Source of the DNA: Pseudobdellovibrionaceae bacterium
Lineage (GTDB): Bacteria > Bdellovibrionota > Bdellovibrionia > Bdellovibrionales > Bdellovibrionaceae
Length of the DNA stretch: 64,000 nucleotides
Reading direction: 5' to 3'
Assembly (NCBI GenBank): GCA_039810425.1
Contig: JBDHWW010000010.1
Span: 16,575 to 80,574, forward strand
Shown here one piece after another: positions 38,588 through 47,802 of the stretch. Made by a program: the position numbers and the translations under genes. Numbering within the stretch: the stretch's first letter is position 1; each line of letters opens with the position of its first letter. The notes under the pieces were generated by a model. The model was given only the letters and a program-made list of their open reading frames with translations. It made no database searches and had not been told where the DNA came from.

Positions 38588-39708
38588 ATTCGTTCCATAA
38601 AATCGTACTGAGCCTTGATCTTTCCCCCCAGGCTCACAAGCTTCTGCCAGCTTGCGCCGACTAAAATCTTCTTCGCAGAATGCCCGACTTCTTTTTCAAA
38701 AACTTCAACTGCTTCTTTCGCAGAATCCGCGTTCATTTGCAGAATCACGAGTGTGCCTGTCGAGGCCGCATGGTAAGCAGCGGAGTAAATTTCTTTCTCA
38801 AGTCCGTAAGTCAAACCAAGCCCCAGGCAAATCACACTCGGACCCGCCATAGAGATCGCCTCGAAGTTGCGGTCAAAATCTTCTTTATCGCGTGAAGAGT
38901 ATTCCACTTGGTTAATGCCATCGATCACCAGTGACGTTGCGTTTTCCAAAGTGAAGATCACACGGTTTTGCTTCTTCATTTCGTTCATCAACGCATAGAC
39001 CGTCGTCGTTTTTCCAGAACCTGTGGGTCCTCCCACGATGATGAGGCCCTTCTGTGCATCGGACCACTTCTTTAACATGGTCTTCTGCTCGGGCTCCAAA
39101 CCAATCTGCTCAAAGTCAAAGTACGCAAGCTTCGGTTGCAGCAACGACAATGTTAGACAAGGCCCGGACACGGTTTCTACTTTTTGATAACGAATCTGCA
39201 GCACATCTTCTTCGCTGCGGTGAAGATAAATGCGGCGCGAATGCCCGTTCTTAATAGGTGTGGAATGATCCATCCAGAAATCGTCCATCAAGCGGAAAAC
39301 ACCCTCTTCGATTTTGGTGATCTTTTCATAGCCGCTCTTGGCGTTGCGATAGGTGATCTCGTACTTGCCAAGACTTGGAGAAAAATGAATTTCGCTGCAG
39401 CCGTGGTCAAAGGCATCCCAGATCAGTTTTTCTGGCAATTCGTTTTGTAGATTCATGGTGGGTCCCTCCTTGGAACGTAAATGAGCTCTCTTTCCTAAGA
39501 ACTCTGTTAGTTGCAAAATTTCTTTCTGGAGCTGAATCTTTGGTGCCTTCCCAGAGACATGCAGGTCTAGTTCATCCCGCAAAAACCTCCACTGACGGCC
39601 GAGCTTATGAGCCGGCACCTTTCCCGACTGCAGCCACTTATAAAGCGTGCTGGGAGTTGTCTTTAGAAAATTAACGGCTTCGTCAAAGTCCAGGTATTCA
39701 TTATCCAT
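38584..39708 (-). CDS. HTH_17 (excisionase/BldC-like) fused to a PilB/GspE-like ATPase domain
   Basis: EAVNFL...STLYKW...GKVPAHKLGRQWRF; GPTGSGKTTT Walker A; GINQVE. Confidence 0.88.
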   Translation of the reverse strand: MDNEYLDFDEAVNFLKTTPSTLYKWLQSGKVPAHKLGRQWRFLRDELDLHVSGKAPKIQLQKEILQLTEFLGKRAHLRSKEGPTMNLQNELPEKLIWDAFDHGCSEIHFSPSLGKYEITYRNAKSGYEKITKIEEGVFRLMDDFWMDHSTPIKNGHSRRIYLHRSEEDVLQIRYQKVETVSGPCLTLSLLQPKLAYFDFEQIGLEPEQKTMLKKWSDAQKGLIIVGGPTGSGKTTTVYALMNEMKKQNRVIFTLENATSLVIDGINQVEYSSRDKEDFDRNFEAISMAGPSVICLGLGLTYGLEKEIYSAAYHAASTGTLVILQMNADSAKEAVEVFEKEVGHSAKKILVGASWQKLVSLGGKIKAQYDFMERI

Positions 39709-39744
39709 GAATAATATTAACTATCCGTGATTATCCATTGTCAA
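39701..39744 (-). promoter_or_regulatory. Leaderless promoter with direct-repeat operator
   Basis: TTGACA-N19-TAATAT-5 nt-ATG; three AYGGATAR repeats spaced 10 and 20 bp. Confidence 0.6.
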
Positions 39745-39944
39745 TTCAGACCTTACCAAGGTCGGTGTTGAGCGCTCTTGCTAAAATGTTGCTCTATGTC
39801 GACCCCTAACCACCTGTTCTCTCTATATTTTTTTCAGGAATCCGAAGAAGAAACAGTGAATTTGTCCGCTTTTGACCGTAAATGCACAAGAATTCACCTT
39901 CTAATGCTTGCGTATGAGGCCCCCAGCGATTAGACCGACCCTGC

Positions 39945-41306
39945 ATGATGAAGTTCAAGCGTCTGATATTTGCTAGTATTCTCGGTTTCGCGACATTGGC
40001 AATGAATGGCTGCGATGCCATTTATTGGGATGAAACGGCGAGCTTAAATCAGGTGAATAGCCAATCTGAAATCAAGGTTCTGACCCTAAAAAACCCGCTC
40101 ACTTACTCCACCGATCGTACGGGCCACAAGTTTGGCATCGATCACGATCTGCTGGAAAACTTCGCACACCATTATGGTCTGAAGATCCGTTTCATCGCGG
40201 TTGCCAACGAAATTGAAATGAAGCAGGCCCTCATCGGCGGCATGGGCGATATTGCGGCCGGTCGTCTGGCCACACCAAACAACAACTCTGGCTTTTTGGT
40301 CGGACCGAGCTACGAAGAGACCTTCCTTGGCTTATTCTGCCAAACGAAGTCCCAGGTTGCGAATATCTCCGACCTGCGCAACAAGAACATCGGCATTCTT
40401 TCAAAAGACAATATCGACGGCCTGACGGATCGTTTGACTCAACTAGCTCCTGAGACCCACATCGAAATGATGACCTCTTCTTCGCCTAAGATCTTGTTTG
40501 AACGAATGTCTGCGAAAACTTTGGACTGCGTGATTGCTGAAAACCTCGAAGGCGAGTTCTTTACCCGCTACCACCGCAACATCGAGAAGGTGACCTCTCT
40601 CACGGAAGAGTACTCGCTCAGTTGGCTGATCCGGCCCGGCCAAGAAGATCTGAATCGGTTGCTGCAGGCTTGGTTTCAAAAGGCGAGCCGCGACGATGAA
40701 ATCATGCGCGTGCACGATCGCTATAAATTGTACCTGTCCGAGTTGGACCGTCACGATGTACTTCACTTTATGAAACGCAGCCGTCGCACGCTGCCGGATT
40801 TCGAAACAGAGTTCCGCAACGCGGCCCGCGAGCACAAACTGCCATGGCAACTCATTGCAGCCGTCGCTTACCAGGAATCCCAGTGGAATAACGAGGCTGT
40901 TAGTTACACGGGCGTTAAAGGACTCATGCAACTGACACAAGATACCGCAGATCATTTGGGTGTTGAAGATCGTACGGATCCACTTCAGAGCATTCATGGG
41001 GGTGCAAAGTATTTGCGCTATTTGCTGAACAAAACGCCGAACTACCTGAACTTCAAAGATCGTTTGTATTTGGCGCTCGCGGCTTACAATATCGGCTATG
41101 CTCACGTGCGCGATGCCCAGAAGTTGGCTGAGCGCAAAGGCATGAACCCGAACTCTTGGCGTCACCTGCGCGAAGTTCTTCCTCTCTTGGAAGATCGCTC
41201 TTATGAAAGTGAGCTCGAATATGGTTGTGCGCGTGGTACTGAAACCGTGGAATTCGTTGAGCGCGTCACGGGCTTCTATAATTTGATGGTTGCAACCCAG
41301 ATTTAA
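39945..41306 (+). CDS. mltF: Membrane-bound lytic murein transglycosylase F
   Basis: N-terminal SBP domain; AYQESQW, GLMQLT, ALAAYNIG SLT motifs. Confidence 0.93.
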   Translation: MMKFKRLIFASILGFATLAMNGCDAIYWDETASLNQVNSQSEIKVLTLKNPLTYSTDRTGHKFGIDHDLLENFAHHYGLKIRFIAVANEIEMKQALIGGMGDIAAGRLATPNNNSGFLVGPSYEETFLGLFCQTKSQVANISDLRNKNIGILSKDNIDGLTDRLTQLAPETHIEMMTSSSPKILFERMSAKTLDCVIAENLEGEFFTRYHRNIEKVTSLTEEYSLSWLIRPGQEDLNRLLQAWFQKASRDDEIMRVHDRYKLYLSELDRHDVLHFMKRSRRTLPDFETEFRNAAREHKLPWQLIAAVAYQESQWNNEAVSYTGVKGLMQLTQDTADHLGVEDRTDPLQSIHGGAKYLRYLLNKTPNYLNFKDRLYLALAAYNIGYAHVRDAQKLAERKGMNPNSWRHLREVLPLLEDRSYESELEYGCARGTETVEFVERVTGFYNLMVATQI

Positions 41307-41511
41307 TCCCTGAATCCAGTCTTCTTCGTCACTTACCTTGTGTCTCGCTCTGAGACGCAGGTCCGGCATATCTCTTGAAATATCCTCTTCCTATACATGG
41401 CCTGAGATTCCAAGTTCTATAAGGTGGACTTGGAATCCGATCACCAGCAGTTCTCTGTCGAACTCGTCGACGGTTGAAAAGCGGAAAAGGCCCAAAAAAG
41501 GAGAAGAGGAT

Positions 41512-42543
41512 ATGAACTCGTTCAAAATGCGCTACTACTATATGGCCCCTTTGTTGATGCTCGCGATGGTCGCTTGTGCGAAGCGCGACAATAACTTTGC
41601 GAAAAATGCTGCCGAAGCAAAAGCGGCTCAAGAAAAGACCGCCCAAGAAAAGGCAGCTCGGGAAAAAGCAGGGCAAGCACCCTGTACATCTCTGTGCCCT
41701 CCCTCGGCTCCTGGCGGAAAAGGTGGCACAAACCCAGGCAATACAGTTGATGGCGCCACTCCTGTCAAAGAAAAGGATGGCTCTACCGTGACCACCAAAC
41801 CCGATGGCACTAAAGTCACTGCGACAGCTGATGGCAAGACCATCGTGACATCGCCTGACGGAAAAACGATGACTACGACTCCTGATGGGAAAATCACCGT
41901 AGAAGACAAGAAACCCGCGACTAAAGACGCCTACAAAGGTGATCTTGAGCAAACTCTCGCTGATTCTTGCGAAAACAAACTCGCTATGGAAGTAAATAAA
42001 GACAATAAAGAAGAAGAAATTCAACTCAAAGACGTTATCACGAAAGAAAAAAGCTCGTACGTGCTTAAATCCACGGACCTTTTTGCTGAGCGCACAGATA
42101 AAGATTCCAAGACTTTAAACCAAATAGTTTTGGCGGGTTCTGCATTTGAATTGCCGAAAGACTTTAAAGACACCACTCAAGGCCAAGCCGTCATGGTGAA
42201 CTGCCACACGATCAATTTGGCGGACGACTCCTCACAAACAATGATCGGTGAGCTGGTGGTTCCATACGAAATCAGCACGGCGGACGGCGCGATCAAAGTT
42301 CTTCGTTTCGATAAAGTGGAGTTGAAGAATAAAAATCAGAGCACGGCTTTGACAGTGTTGAAAGCTAAAGACGGCAACTTAACGAATCTCATTGAGAAAG
42401 AGGCTGAAGGCCGAAAAGTTTTGCTTTTCAAAAACTCAGACTCTTCCGACATCACGATCCGCATTCAAAAGACCATCAAAGACGAAAAGACGGGCTCTGT
42501 AATGACAAAGACCTACTCTGCGACTTACAGCCTTAAGAAGTAA
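41512..42543 (+). CDS. Lipoprotein with tandem xDG beta-hairpin repeats
   Basis: Lipobox MVAC; AGGA SD; repeats KDGSTVTT/KPDGTKVTA/TADGKTIVT/SPDGKTMTT/TPDGKITVE. Confidence 0.8.
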   Translation: MNSFKMRYYYMAPLLMLAMVACAKRDNNFAKNAAEAKAAQEKTAQEKAAREKAGQAPCTSLCPPSAPGGKGGTNPGNTVDGATPVKEKDGSTVTTKPDGTKVTATADGKTIVTSPDGKTMTTTPDGKITVEDKKPATKDAYKGDLEQTLADSCENKLAMEVNKDNKEEEIQLKDVITKEKSSYVLKSTDLFAERTDKDSKTLNQIVLAGSAFELPKDFKDTTQGQAVMVNCHTINLADDSSQTMIGELVVPYEISTADGAIKVLRFDKVELKNKNQSTALTVLKAKDGNLTNLIEKEAEGRKVLLFKNSDSSDITIRIQKTIKDEKTGSVMTKTYSATYSLKK

Positions 42544-42559
42544 TCCTCTGCCTTACACC

Positions 42560-44443
42560 TTATTCGACGGTGACCGACTTCGCGAGATTGCGAGGTTGGT
42601 CGACGTCGTAACCTAAGCTGTTTGCCAGGTGAAACGCCATCAACTGCAAGGGAATTGCTTCCAAGAGCGGATTGATCGTCCAATGAGCCTTCGGCAAAGA
42701 CAAATAATACTGACTAATCGCCCTCAACTTCTCATTGTCACCAGTTCCAATCGCAATAATTTTACCGCCGCGAGCGCGGGCCTCTTCCAAATTGCTGATA
42801 GATTTTTCATAGAGTTCATCACTAGGTGCGAGCATCACGATCGCCATATCTTCATCGATCAACGCCAAAGGACCATGCTTCATTTCTCCGGCCGCATAGC
42901 CTTCAGCGTGCATGTAAGCAAGTTCTTTGAGTTTCAAAGCCCCTTCCATCGCGATCGGGAAGCTCACGCCGCGGCCGAGGTACAAGAAACCACGGAACGA
43001 GCGAAGCTTATGAGCCGCCTCATCGAAGTACTTATCGTAAGACAATACAACTTCCATTTGGCTCGGAGCCCCCAAGAGGGCTTGCACGAATTCTTTTTCT
43101 TGTTGGCCATTGATCACGTTACGAATGCGGCCCAACGCCACCGCGAAGCAGTTTAAAACCGCGAGCGTGCTGGTAAAGGCCTTCGTGCTGGCAACACCAA
43201 TCTCGGGGCCAGAGTTCATATACAAGTGTCCGTGGGCCTCACGGTCGATGGTTGAACTGCGTACATTGCAGATACTCAAAGTCGTCGCGCCCTTTTCTTT
43301 GGCAAGACGGATCGCAGCCAAGGTGTCGGCTGTTTCGCCGCTTTGAGAAATCGTCATCACCAAAGACTTCGGTGGAATCACCGGATTGCGATAACGGAAT
43401 TCGCTCGCGATATCGATCTCGACCGGCACTTGCGCTATGTTTTCGATCAAGTACTTCCCGACGTTGCCGGCATAGCTGCTGGTCCCACAGGCGATAATGA
43501 AAATACGCTCAACACTTCTAAGAACATCTTGGGTATTGACCCAGTCTTGCGGACTGTCGAGTTCGTCGAGCCTGTTCACCGCGGTCCCAAAGCCGACATT
43601 TTTTAATTTGATCGTGAAGTTCTCGGGATTAAGATGCGGCTCCATCGCCGTTGCCACGGCACGTGGTTGCTCGTATATTTCTTTCAACATGAAGTGAGAG
43701 AAACCTTGCTTCTCCACCATTTGCGGATCCCAGTTGAGCTCCACGACCTTTTTTTGAATGGGTTCTCCCTTCGCCGAGAAGATCTTCGCTTCCGTGCCGT
43801 CAATGACCGCGATTTCGCGATCATCAAGGTACATGAACTTACGAGTGTACTGCAGGAGTGCTTGAACATCGCTCGCAACGAAGTTTTCTTTGGTGCCAAG
43901 ACCGACAACGAGTGGCGGGCCATCCTTGAAGGCAACAAGTTGGTTTGGGTTCTTCTCCCATAAGGCCACAATCGAGAAAGCACCGCGGATTTTTCCAAGA
44001 ATTCTTAGAACCGCTTTAAAAAGATCCCGGGTTTGCTCAATTTCACGCGCAATCAAATGCGCCACGAGTTCAGAGTCCGTATCTGAGGTGATCTGCGCGC
44101 CGCTTGCTAAAAGCTCTTCGCGGATCTCAACATAGTTTTCAATAATGCCATTGTGAACAAGACTGATGCCACCGACTTGGTGGGGATGAGCATTACGCTC
44201 TGTCGGCGCGCCATGAGTGGCCCAGCGAGTGTGACCAATGCCGATGTGACCATCGAATTTCTCCACCATCAGCTTGTCTTCGAGAACTTTCAATTTACCA
44301 GACGCCCGCACACGTTTGGTTTTACCTTCATCCAGGATCGCCAAGCCAGCGGAGTCATAACCACGGTATTCTAATTTTTTAAGGCCCGAAATAATAACAT
44401 CTTTTGGGTTTTGCGGTCCCAGGTATCCAACGATTCCACACAT
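42560..44443 (-). CDS. glmS: Glutamine--fructose-6-phosphate aminotransferase
   Basis: MCGIVG, GHTRWATHG, SQSGETADT, PRNLAKSVTVE. Confidence 0.99.
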   Translation of the reverse strand: MCGIVGYLGPQNPKDVIISGLKKLEYRGYDSAGLAILDEGKTKRVRASGKLKVLEDKLMVEKFDGHIGIGHTRWATHGAPTERNAHPHQVGGISLVHNGIIENYVEIREELLASGAQITSDTDSELVAHLIAREIEQTRDLFKAVLRILGKIRGAFSIVALWEKNPNQLVAFKDGPPLVVGLGTKENFVASDVQALLQYTRKFMYLDDREIAVIDGTEAKIFSAKGEPIQKKVVELNWDPQMVEKQGFSHFMLKEIYEQPRAVATAMEPHLNPENFTIKLKNVGFGTAVNRLDELDSPQDWVNTQDVLRSVERIFIIACGTSSYAGNVGKYLIENIAQVPVEIDIASEFRYRNPVIPPKSLVMTISQSGETADTLAAIRLAKEKGATTLSICNVRSSTIDREAHGHLYMNSGPEIGVASTKAFTSTLAVLNCFAVALGRIRNVINGQQEKEFVQALLGAPSQMEVVLSYDKYFDEAAHKLRSFRGFLYLGRGVSFPIAMEGALKLKELAYMHAEGYAAGEMKHGPLALIDEDMAIVMLAPSDELYEKSISNLEEARARGGKIIAIGTGDNEKLRAISQYYLSLPKAHWTINPLLEAIPLQLMAFHLANSLGYDVDQPRNLAKSVTVE

Positions 44444-44446
44444 AGC

Positions 44447-45883
44447 TTATCCCCGCTCTTGTTCTTTATTTGGTTGATGCGCCTGAGCGCCCGGCGCTTT
44501 CGGAGTGTAATTTTCTTTAATGATCTGTTTGCCACGAGCCACGGCCAAAGCGTTTGCCGGTACACTCTTCGTGATGGTGGAACCAGAACCTATCACCACA
44601 TCGTCACCAATTTCGATGGGCGCCACAAACTGAGTATCACTGCCGACGAAGACCCGGTTGCCGATTTTCGTTTTGTATTTCTTCTTATCGGCGGCATAGT
44701 TGCAAGTGATCGTGCCACAACCGATATTCACGTCTTCCCCGACTTCCGCGTCGCCCAAATACGTCAGGTGCCCCGCTTTGGACCTCTTGCCGAATTTTAC
44801 TTTCTTCATTTCCACGAAGTTGCCCACATGCGCTTCTTCACCGATGGTTGTTTCAGGGCGCAGACGTGCGTAGGGCCCCACGGAAGCACGGCTATGGACC
44901 ACCGCTTGTTCGAGATAGCTGCCCGCGCGCACTTGCACGCTATCGCCGACGTCAGAATCCGACATGAACACATTCGGCTCAATCACGCTGAACGACCCGA
45001 TGCGAGTCGCGCCACGCAAGACCACGTTTGGATAAATCACAGAGCCTGCACCAACACTGACAGACTCTTCAATGTATGTGGCCTTAGGATCCATCATTAA
45101 AACGCCTTCTTCCATCAGGCGCTTTGCTTTTCTCTGAAAAAGCAAGTTCGTTGCATGCGCCAATTCGATTTGGTCGTTCACCCCGACCGCGACTTTCGGC
45201 GACGCCTTAATGGCCATCACCTTGCAGCCGTCTTCGATGCACAAAGAAATCAAATCCGTGATGTAGTACTCTTGTTTCGCGTTGTGGTTTTTAATCTGTG
45301 GCAAATACTCAGCCAGGACCTTTGCCTTTGCAATGTAGATTCCCGTGTTGATCTCACGGATCTTCAAAGTATCGGCAGAGGCATCTTTAGCTTCGACGAT
45401 AGCTTTCAAATCACCCCTATGGCGAATAATGCGGCCAAACGAGCCTGGCTTTTTCACAATGGAAGTCACCACCGCTAAGTCGCAGCTTTCATCACGAAAC
45501 ATCTTAACGAAATTCATGATGTCCTCGGCCTCGATCAAAGGATGGTCGCCGTTCATGATGACAACGTCGCCTTCGATGTCATCAACCTTCGCGGACTTCA
45601 CAGCATCCGCCGTGCCCAATTGATTTTCTTGAAGTAAACAGTTCACACCCATTGGTTCAACAACAGAACGCACGAGATTTTGCCCATGGCCCACGACCAC
45701 ACGCAAATCCGTTGCGCCAGCCTTTTTTGCAGCCTGGATAACCTTTTCGATCATGGGACGACCCGCCACTGGATGAAGGACCTTTGGAAGGGGGGACTTC
45801 ATGCGCGTGCCCTTGCCCGCCGCTAAAATAATCATCGCCAACTTATTGGGTTCTACAGCTTCTTTTTTGTCATTCTTTGCCAT
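44447..45883 (-). CDS. glmU: Bifunctional UDP-GlcNAc pyrophosphorylase/acetyltransferase
   Basis: LAAGKGTRMKS..PKVLH, hexapeptide repeats, GNFVEMK, HLTYLGDA. Confidence 0.99.
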   Translation of the reverse strand: MAKNDKKEAVEPNKLAMIILAAGKGTRMKSPLPKVLHPVAGRPMIEKVIQAAKKAGATDLRVVVGHGQNLVRSVVEPMGVNCLLQENQLGTADAVKSAKVDDIEGDVVIMNGDHPLIEAEDIMNFVKMFRDESCDLAVVTSIVKKPGSFGRIIRHRGDLKAIVEAKDASADTLKIREINTGIYIAKAKVLAEYLPQIKNHNAKQEYYITDLISLCIEDGCKVMAIKASPKVAVGVNDQIELAHATNLLFQRKAKRLMEEGVLMMDPKATYIEESVSVGAGSVIYPNVVLRGATRIGSFSVIEPNVFMSDSDVGDSVQVRAGSYLEQAVVHSRASVGPYARLRPETTIGEEAHVGNFVEMKKVKFGKRSKAGHLTYLGDAEVGEDVNIGCGTITCNYAADKKKYKTKIGNRVFVGSDTQFVAPIEIGDDVVIGSGSTITKSVPANALAVARGKQIIKENYTPKAPGAQAHQPNKEQERG

Positions 45884-45931
45884 GGATTTTCTGTCCTTTT
45901 CAACCTTCTAAAAATCAGGCTTAATTATCCT

Positions 45932-46654
45932 ATGCAAGCAAAAATTTTTCACCAAACTTCTTGGGCTCGAAGCTCCCGCGGCACTCCGATAGAATTGTAT
46001 AAAAAAACACACAACCGTGATGGAAAAGCCACACTGGAAAACCCGGCCCCGATTCTCTTTATCGGTGGTGTTCACGGTGATGAGCCCGAAGGTGTGCGGC
46101 TGGCTCAGGAATTCCTGAAGTGGTTGCAGCAAACAGAAGAGAGCTCACCCGAGCGGATTCTTCACTCGTGGCTGCTGGTTCCCTGCATTAATGTCGATGG
46201 TTTCCTTCGCAACATGCGCACTAATGACAATGGTGTGGACCTCAACCGCAACTTTCCCTCTTCGGACTGGAGTCCCAACGCCAAAGGTCCCCGTTACTAT
46301 CCGGGCCCCAAAGCCGGCAGCGAGCCCGAGGTCCAGGCGCTCGTCCAGCTGATCGATAGTGAAAAGCCAAAACTGATTGTTCATTTCCATTCGTGGGAGC
46401 CTTGCGTTGTTTACACGGGGGCACCAGGTAAGGAAGCATCAACGATTATTGCGGGAGAAGGCGGCTACGAAGTCCGCGAAGACATCGGTTATCCCACCCC
46501 GGGTAGCCTGGGCCAATATGGCTGGCTGAATCGTAAAATTCCCGTGATCTGCATCGAAGAAAAAGAGAGAATTCATCTGGATCACGTGTGGCCGCATTTC
46601 GAGCCCGGCCTCACCAAACTCATGACATCTGATTTTCAGTGTAAGGCTTCATGA
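45932..46654 (+). CDS. M14 zinc carboxypeptidase, murein tripeptide amidase MpaA-like
   Basis: GGVHGDE, DLNRNFP, SEPE, HFHS, GYPTPGSLG. Confidence 0.88.
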   Translation: MQAKIFHQTSWARSSRGTPIELYKKTHNRDGKATLENPAPILFIGGVHGDEPEGVRLAQEFLKWLQQTEESSPERILHSWLLVPCINVDGFLRNMRTNDNGVDLNRNFPSSDWSPNAKGPRYYPGPKAGSEPEVQALVQLIDSEKPKLIVHFHSWEPCVVYTGAPGKEASTIIAGEGGYEVREDIGYPTPGSLGQYGWLNRKIPVICIEEKERIHLDHVWPHFEPGLTKLMTSDFQCKAS

Positions 46655-47334
46655 CCTCGATCAAGTGCATCGCTTTTGATTTGGACGACACCCTGGTAGA
46701 CACCAGCCAACTGCTCGTCCCGTTCGCGGCACGCCAAGCCTGCGAGGCCATGATAAAGAACGGCGTGCAAGGCGATATTGATACTTGTTTAGCATGGCGG
46801 GCGAGCAAAGCCGCCGAGCTCACGCATCAGGAAATCTTCCAAGGATTTATTGATAAATATGGCAGCACCACCCCGAATATAGCCCTGCAAGCGGCTTTGA
46901 AGGCTTTCTATAATCCAGAAGTTCCCGAGCGTTTGCCGCTGATGGACGGTGCCGAGGATAATCTACGTCAGCTTTCGCAAAGGTACGCGTTGTTTTTGGT
47001 CACCTCTGGCGAACCCGCCGCTCAAGAGCGCAAAATCAAGGCGGCCGGAATTGAGCGTTTCTTCAAGAAAATCTATCTTGTGAACAACTTTAAAAAGGAA
47101 GAAAAAAAAGACGCTTTTCTCGACATTCTGAAGAATGAAAATATTCAACCCGAAGAACTGCTCAGTATCGGCAACCGCTTGTCGCAAGAGATCCGCCACG
47201 CCAAGCTCTGCGGAGCGAAAACCTGCTATTTCTGCCACGGTGAACACGTTGGCGAACAGCCCACTCAACGCGAAGATTACCCGGACTTTACCATCTACAA
47301 GCACAGCGAATTTAGGCGCGCCTGCGGTCTGTAA
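46651..47334 (+). CDS. HAD family hydrolase
   Basis: FDLDDTL motif I, LVTSG motif II. Confidence 0.9.
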   Translation: MTSIKCIAFDLDDTLVDTSQLLVPFAARQACEAMIKNGVQGDIDTCLAWRASKAAELTHQEIFQGFIDKYGSTTPNIALQAALKAFYNPEVPERLPLMDGAEDNLRQLSQRYALFLVTSGEPAAQERKIKAAGIERFFKKIYLVNNFKKEEKKDAFLDILKNENIQPEELLSIGNRLSQEIRHAKLCGAKTCYFCHGEHVGEQPTQREDYPDFTIYKHSEFRRACGL

Positions 47335-47352
47335 GGCCGTCCAATGCTTTGA

Positions 47353-47726
47353 CGGTTTGGTATCTTCTTCATAGTCCCAAGCCAGAATCCCCTTGCCAGC
47401 CCCCACTTCAACGACGACCTTCTTGAAACGATTCGCAGCGAACTTCGCTCTCAGGGAGTGAAGGTGCTCTTTGCCGATGAAGTCGGCGTGGATGACCCCT
47501 CGGTTCCTTTTGAAGAGGTCCCCGAATCCGTCAACAAAGGCGAAAACTTCAATGACCTCTTCGTGAGGAAGGATCGAAGAGCCATGTTTATGAGCGCGTG
47601 ACCGCGCACTCGACGCGCGACTTGATTGTTGCCGGCGGTGAGCTCAAGAATCTCGATCGTGAAAAGGCACCGCACGCAACCGTCCGCGCTTATTTACGTT
47701 CCATCGCCCCTAAGCTTTTCAGATAA
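47353..47726 (+). pseudogene. Possible 5'-truncated, frameshifted gene remnant
   Basis: Two adjacent + frames give protein-like text joined near 47555; no usable start codon at the 5' end. Confidence 0.35.
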
Positions 47727-47802
47727 TAGCGCTAGACGTTCATCCAGCGGGTCTTTGTTGGACGGCGCGGATGAAATGGCATAAAATTCTTTCATGCGCG
47801 CA

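Noticed and set aside
39701..39740. TTATCCA repeats as DnaA boxes or oriC
   Set aside because: Each has two or more mismatches to TTATCCACA and there is no dnaA or gidA context; an HTH operator explains them better
40443..41369. 308-aa minus-strand ORF and similar long shadow ORFs (50128-50874, 44411-45100, 8827-9441, 19916-20593, 41329-42024)
   Set aside because: They are antisense or alternate-frame shadows of well-supported genes and carry no motifs
42530..42595. attTn7 site at the glmS 3' end
   Set aside because: The target sequence is present but no Tn7 ends or tns genes follow; a convergent gene ends 16 bp away
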